This document shows positions 59,055 to 64,000 of a DNA stretch of 64,000 bases, one piece after another; within the stretch, counting starts at the first letter, position 1, and each line of letters opens with the position of its first letter. This DNA is from Eledone cirrhosa (lineage: Eukaryota): NCBI GenBank assembly GCA_964016885.1, contig OZ024740.1, positions 383,098,001 to 383,162,000 of the forward strand, given 5' to 3'. The position numbers and the translations under genes are program-made. The notes below the pieces were generated by a model. That model was not told the origin of the DNA, did not search any database, and saw only the letters and a list, made by a program, of their open reading frames with translations.

Positions 59055-61449
59055 TAATAACAATAATAATAATAATAATAATAATAACAACAATAATAAT
59101 AACGACAACAACAATAATAATATACATATACATATATATATAAACACACACGCACACACATAAGCATATCTAGACACACACACACACACGATAGCAACTA
59201 ACAGCGCTGCGATCGAATGTGGCTTTTTAGCCCAGCCAATGATCTAAAATGTCTTGCACAGAGTCAGCAACCAAAGCATTCACTGGGAATAGTCGGCTGT
59301 GGTTGGAGTTCGTGTACTTTTGCATGTCGCTTGAGCCCTCCTGCTGATTTACATTCTCTACCACATGTTTGGCAAGCATGATGAGTAGCATCTCCAACAG
59401 CAGCCTGGTAGTCAACCATTGGTCTTACTTTATGACTGCGAAGATGACTTTCGAGTCCAGTTTTACTTAGGCAGAGTCTCGCACATACGCTGCATGTCAG
59501 CACCATAGGAGGACCCTCGCCGTCTGGAAGTGCAACAGCAATGCCCTTCTTCACATCCCGCTTTACTTTCTCGTATGCGATTCGAGATGCCTCAAAGGCA
59601 ACTTTTCCCTCATATACAGTCTTTCTTCATTTATTACGATCAGCAGCAATTATCTCCCATGTATCAGCAGAGATGTTAGCGTCTTTCAGAGAGGCTTTCA
59701 AGGAATCCTTATACCTCTTTTTTGGTTTATGTGGCGGTCGTTTTCCTTTAACCAACTCTCCATAAAAGAGTTGTTTTGGTATTCTAGAATCCTTCATCCT
59801 GGCAAGGTGACCACTCCAACGGAGTCGTTGCTTAAGCACAAGAGCTTCTATACTGTCACACATAGAGCTTTCCAAAATCTCGACATCACTGATGTGGTCC
59901 CTCCAGTGAACGCCATGGATCCGTCTGAGACACATCTGATGGAAACGCTCCAATTGCCTAAGGTGGGGTCGATATGTGACCCAGGTCTCGCAGGCATAAA
60001 GAAGACAAGAGAGCACACACCTTTACCTTTGTCCTCCTGCATATGTCTCGCCGACCCCAGAGTCGCCTTTCTAGCTTTCCGAAAGCATCACTGCTTTCCT
60101 AATCCTAAGTGAGATTTCACTGTCATGGTTGCTGTATCGATTTGCAGTGCTTCCCAGGTAGACAAACTGATCAGCCACTCCAAGTCGTTTGCCATACACA
60201 TGGATGTTTGGTTCAGTGTACTGCTTACCAGGGGCAGGTTGGTACATGACGACGGTTTTCTTGAGACTGACAGTCAGACCTAGGGCAGTGCAAGCGTCAG
60301 AAAATGCATTCAAAATGTGCTGCATATCACTCTCTGTGTGCGCTACAAGATCGCAATCATCTGCATACAAGAGGTCTCTTATGATTGATGTAAATACTTT
60401 TGTCTTCGCAGCAAAGTGCCTCATGTTAAATATGCTGCCTGAGGTTCGATATCGGATGTAAACACCATGCTCGCAATTCCTGAATGCAATACAGAAAACC
60501 ATTGCAAAGTATATGGCAAACAGGGTCGGTGCTGGAATATCCCCTGTCTCACTCCATTTTTTACTGAGATAGACTCCGACATGTTACCCCCGACATTAAC
60601 ACAAGCCTTCATGTCGTCATGGAAAGACCTAACTAAATCAAGGAACTTATCAGGGCAACCAAGTTTCTGGAGAATCTTCCATAATGCATCTCTGTTAACA
60701 GTATCGAAAGCTTTTGCCAGATCGACAAAAACCTGATACATATCCAAGCCTTGTTCCGTGCACTTCTCCTGGAGCTGTCTAGCTGAGAAGATCATATCAG
60801 TAGTGCCGCGTCCAGCACGAAAACCAGATTGACTTTCAGGAAGAACACAATCTGCAATGTGTGTCAGCAGACGGTCCAGAAGCACCCTACATAAAACTTT
60901 CCCTACGACAGAAAGCAATGATATACCTCTGTAGTTCCCACAATCATTCCTGTTACCCTTTCCCTTGTAGAAGACTACCATTACTGCATCTCTCCAGTCC
61001 TCAGGTACGGATTCATTAGCCCATACCCTGCCAAACAAAGAGTGAAGATGTTGCAGGAGTCTCTCACCACCATATTGTAGGAGCTCAGCATGTATGCCAT
61101 CTATACCTGGAGATCTTCCCCTGTTCAGCTTCGAAATAGCCACTGCAACCTCCACAAGCGTCGGAGGTTGCAGTGGCTATTTCGAAGTGGTGTCACCATA
61201 GAAGAAGACGGTCCATAAACCTCACGCAAGGGACTGTACAACAGCTTAGAGTTATTGGAATCAGACGCAGTTTGTATCTCACCAGCCTTCTCACTCCACC
61301 ACTGATCCTTCATCTGTGAAAGACTCCGCCTAACACGTGATTTTACATCCCTGAGTTCCTCATGCAACGTATTCCTCTCCTGTGGTTTTGCCGTCAAGTA
61401 GCGTGACAGAGCACGCCTCTTATCAGCCAACAAGTCTTCTATATGTACA
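59055..61449 (-). mobile_element. 5'-truncated RTE-clade LINE (RT, three C-terminal C2H2-like fingers)
   Basis: SPGIDGIHAE, CGNYRGISLLS, ESQSGFR, FVDLAKAFD, GVRQG, LLYADD, FVYLGS, LLYACETW, RLRWSGH..RIPKQLFYGEL. Confidence 0.93.
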
Positions 61450-61880
61450 TCATACATACATACATACATACATACATACATACATACATACATACATACA
61501 TACATACATACATACATGGTGGCTGCCAATTCTTTTCGAGTATGGCCACTACTTTATATCCATGTAGGAGAACCCCTACCGATGCACTGAACGAGTGTGA
61601 CTTTTTAGTCCAGCCAGCGACTTGGAAACTCTGGTACAAACACTACACTTGTGACAAATATTGACACATAGTGCTCGGCCCATTGTACCATGTGATGACA
61701 AGTGCAGAGAGATGTCCAGATATAAAGCAATGCCTGTGCCGTGAAGCTTTTATAGTGAGCAAAGGCACTGCAGAAAGCCAGTGCCACTCTCTTAACCAAG
61801 ATGATATTTACCAAAAAGAAGAACAAGTCAACATCATTGGATACCATCAGAGCTGCAGGTGTTATATCAGAGTTTTCCTT
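61450..61880 (-). mobile_element. 5'-truncated second copy of the (TATG)n-tailed element
   Basis: Matches 53844-54245; (CATA)n on both sides. Confidence 0.8.
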
Positions 61881-61911
<31 letters not shown>

Positions 61912-62263
61912 GTGAAAGCTCACAACTTATTTCACATGGTTTCCGATGTACGCACACAAAATATTTAATATCTAGGAAGTCTAAACTTTTCTTAACTTAT
62001 TTGAGTAGTTTCCATAACTACAATATATAAATTGGGAAGACACATAGAAGAAGAACACAGATATTGAAGAGGGCACAGAATTTGTGACGAAATAGCTTTG
62101 AAAAAATAACCTATAGCTAAAAGCTGAAATCTATGTCAAGAGTGCGTCTGTTTTATTGGCATCATACGCAAAATGGTCATCACCAAAAATAACAATTGAT
62201 TTCACCAAAAAGATACTGGATCTTGAATATAATTTAAACATAACATACTTCCATTATATATAT

Positions 62264-62560
62264 GCATAGTTACGTCCCTTTATGATCTGAGTTCAAATCC
62301 CGCCGAGGTTGACTTTGCCTTTCATCCTTACGGGGTCGATAAAATAAAGTACCAGTAATGCACTGGATAATTGCTGGCCTTGTGCCTAAAGTAGAAACAA
62401 TTATATATATGCTTTCCAGCATAGTTACGTCCCTTTACGATCTGAGTTCAAATCCCGCCGAGGTTGACTTTGCGTTTCATCCTTACGGGGTCGATAAAAT
62501 AAAGTACCAGTAATGCACTGGGTAATTGCTGCCGTTGTGCCTAAAGTAGAAACAATTATA
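62264..62560 (+). mobile_element. Two tandem 5'-truncated SINE copies (~155-bp period)
   Basis: gcatagttacgtcccttta..ctgagttcaaatcccgccgagg..gtagaaacaatta occurs twice. Confidence 0.9.
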
Positions 62561-63240
62561 TATATGCATGAATAAACGACGTAAAACATTGCCGACAGAT
62601 ATTGCTAATCTATAATACGAAATGTACGTATGACATTCAAGGAAATATTCATTGGCTATAGCTTAAACGCATTTTAATTTTTAAAAAAATCAATTGGGTT
62701 TCCTGTATTTCAATATTGACTGACTTGACATAGATGAATGTGGCAACATTAAGAAGCTACAACATCTACAAAGATGGGTCAATTTATAATGAGGATTAAA
62801 TATGCTGTCAAGTGACTAGCTTTATCGTTGAATTATTTGATGATGCTGGTGTGGTAGTGGACTTTTGCTAAACATTCTATAATTCAAAGTCCCAAAGTTT
62901 GGGTCTTTGAATTCCTAGTCACTGATTTCGTGCTTCAGAGCCTGTTCTTTTTTATCGATTTGTATATGTACCAACGGGATCTCTGCGAAGGGTCAAGTGG
63001 ATCTTCCACACCGAACACAGTTTCAATTAATCCCCAAAAATTGAATACACTTGAGCCGCGCCGAAGGTGCGGTAAAACAAATATTTAGATGTCTTGTCAT
63101 TGGATCCATTCCTAGATCTAATGATTGGAAATGAACTTCTTAAATGCTCCAAACATGCACACACACGCGCAGTACACCCCCACATATATATATATATGTA
63201 TGTGTGTGCCTGTGTGTGCACGTGTGTGTATATAAGTATG

Positions 63241-63335
<95 letters not shown>

Positions 63336-63532
63336 TTAATCCCAATGACTTCTTTTTAACTTGATCTCCATTCCCTCGGTTACTTGCTTACATGTACCAT
63401 TATCCCGTGTTGCTCCTTCTATCGGTATTTTTTTTTCTTTTTTTTCTTCTCTCTTTCTTATTGTTTTCTCTCCCTCATGGCCTTTTGATAGATAAAAGGC
63501 TATGGGCACGCTACAGATAGATGTATAATAAA

Positions 63533-63712
63533 TAATTGTTTCTACTTTTGGCACAAGACCAGCAATTACCTAGTGCATTACTGGTACTTTATTTTATCGA
63601 CCCCGTAAGGCAAAGTTAACCTCGGCGGGATTTGAACTCAGATTGGAAAGCGCCGTAACTCTATGCATCAAAGCATGGCGTCCTACCTTCTACCGATACT
63701 GCCAATCCACCA
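63533..63712 (-). mobile_element. tRNA-derived SINE
   Basis: Reverse complement of the 33290-33495 family with a small deletion. Confidence 0.87.
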
Positions 63713-63865
63713 TAATAATGCACCGAAACATATGTGACCCGTAGTTAACTACTGACGAAACGAGGCTGTCCACCTCTTGTTTGTGTTCCCTTACCTTTTA
63801 ACACCCGTTATCAGTAACCACACAGACCTCTTCTCATCCGTATATATATAGGTTCCTGGAAGTTA

Positions 63866-63937
63866 GAATCCTTGTACGCTTAATGTACATTCGAATCTTC
63901 GAATCCTGGTACGCTTAATGATACATTCGAATCTTCG
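63866..63937. repeat. ~35-bp tandem duplication
   Basis: gaatcc.tgtacgcttaatg.tacattcgaatcttc occurs twice. Confidence 0.85.
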
Positions 63938-64000
63938 TGGATGTCTTATGTTCATTAGCAACAGTAACTACATGTGATGGTTTCAGATGGGAATTGAATT

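Noticed and set aside
61514-61524. Perfect Kozak GCCACCATG on minus strand (also 53881-53889)
   Set aside because: It runs directly into (TATG)n and matches the 3' end motif seen at 48580 and 58652; it is an element terminus, not a start codon

Overview
AT-rich, microsatellite-saturated eukaryotic DNA; the SINE and repeat content suggests an octopus or other coleoid cephalopod (inference). I find no convincing host gene. The window is mostly retroelement debris: at least eight Penelope-like element (PLE) copies or fragments from several families (RT and/or C-terminal GIY-YIG endonuclease), mostly sitting in (TA)n; a near full-length R4/Dong-like LINE with a restriction-like endonuclease in (CATA)n; RTE-clade LINE pieces with C2H2 fingers; Tx1/L1 remnants including an ORF1-only copy; tRNA-derived SINEs; and a ~4 kb (TA)n array containing a 200-N gap. 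The most interesting signal is RNA structure. Many PLE terminal repeats carry minimal type I hammerhead ribozyme (HHR) motifs, some with a U3-A8 or U3-G8 core. ORF-less terminal-repeat fold-backs recur; three of one family turn at the same point, and one carries an intact HHR core on both strands. A (TATG)n-tailed non-coding element with a twister-like structured 5' end is fused twice to truncated RTE LINEs. All structures were paired by eye and boundaries are approximate.
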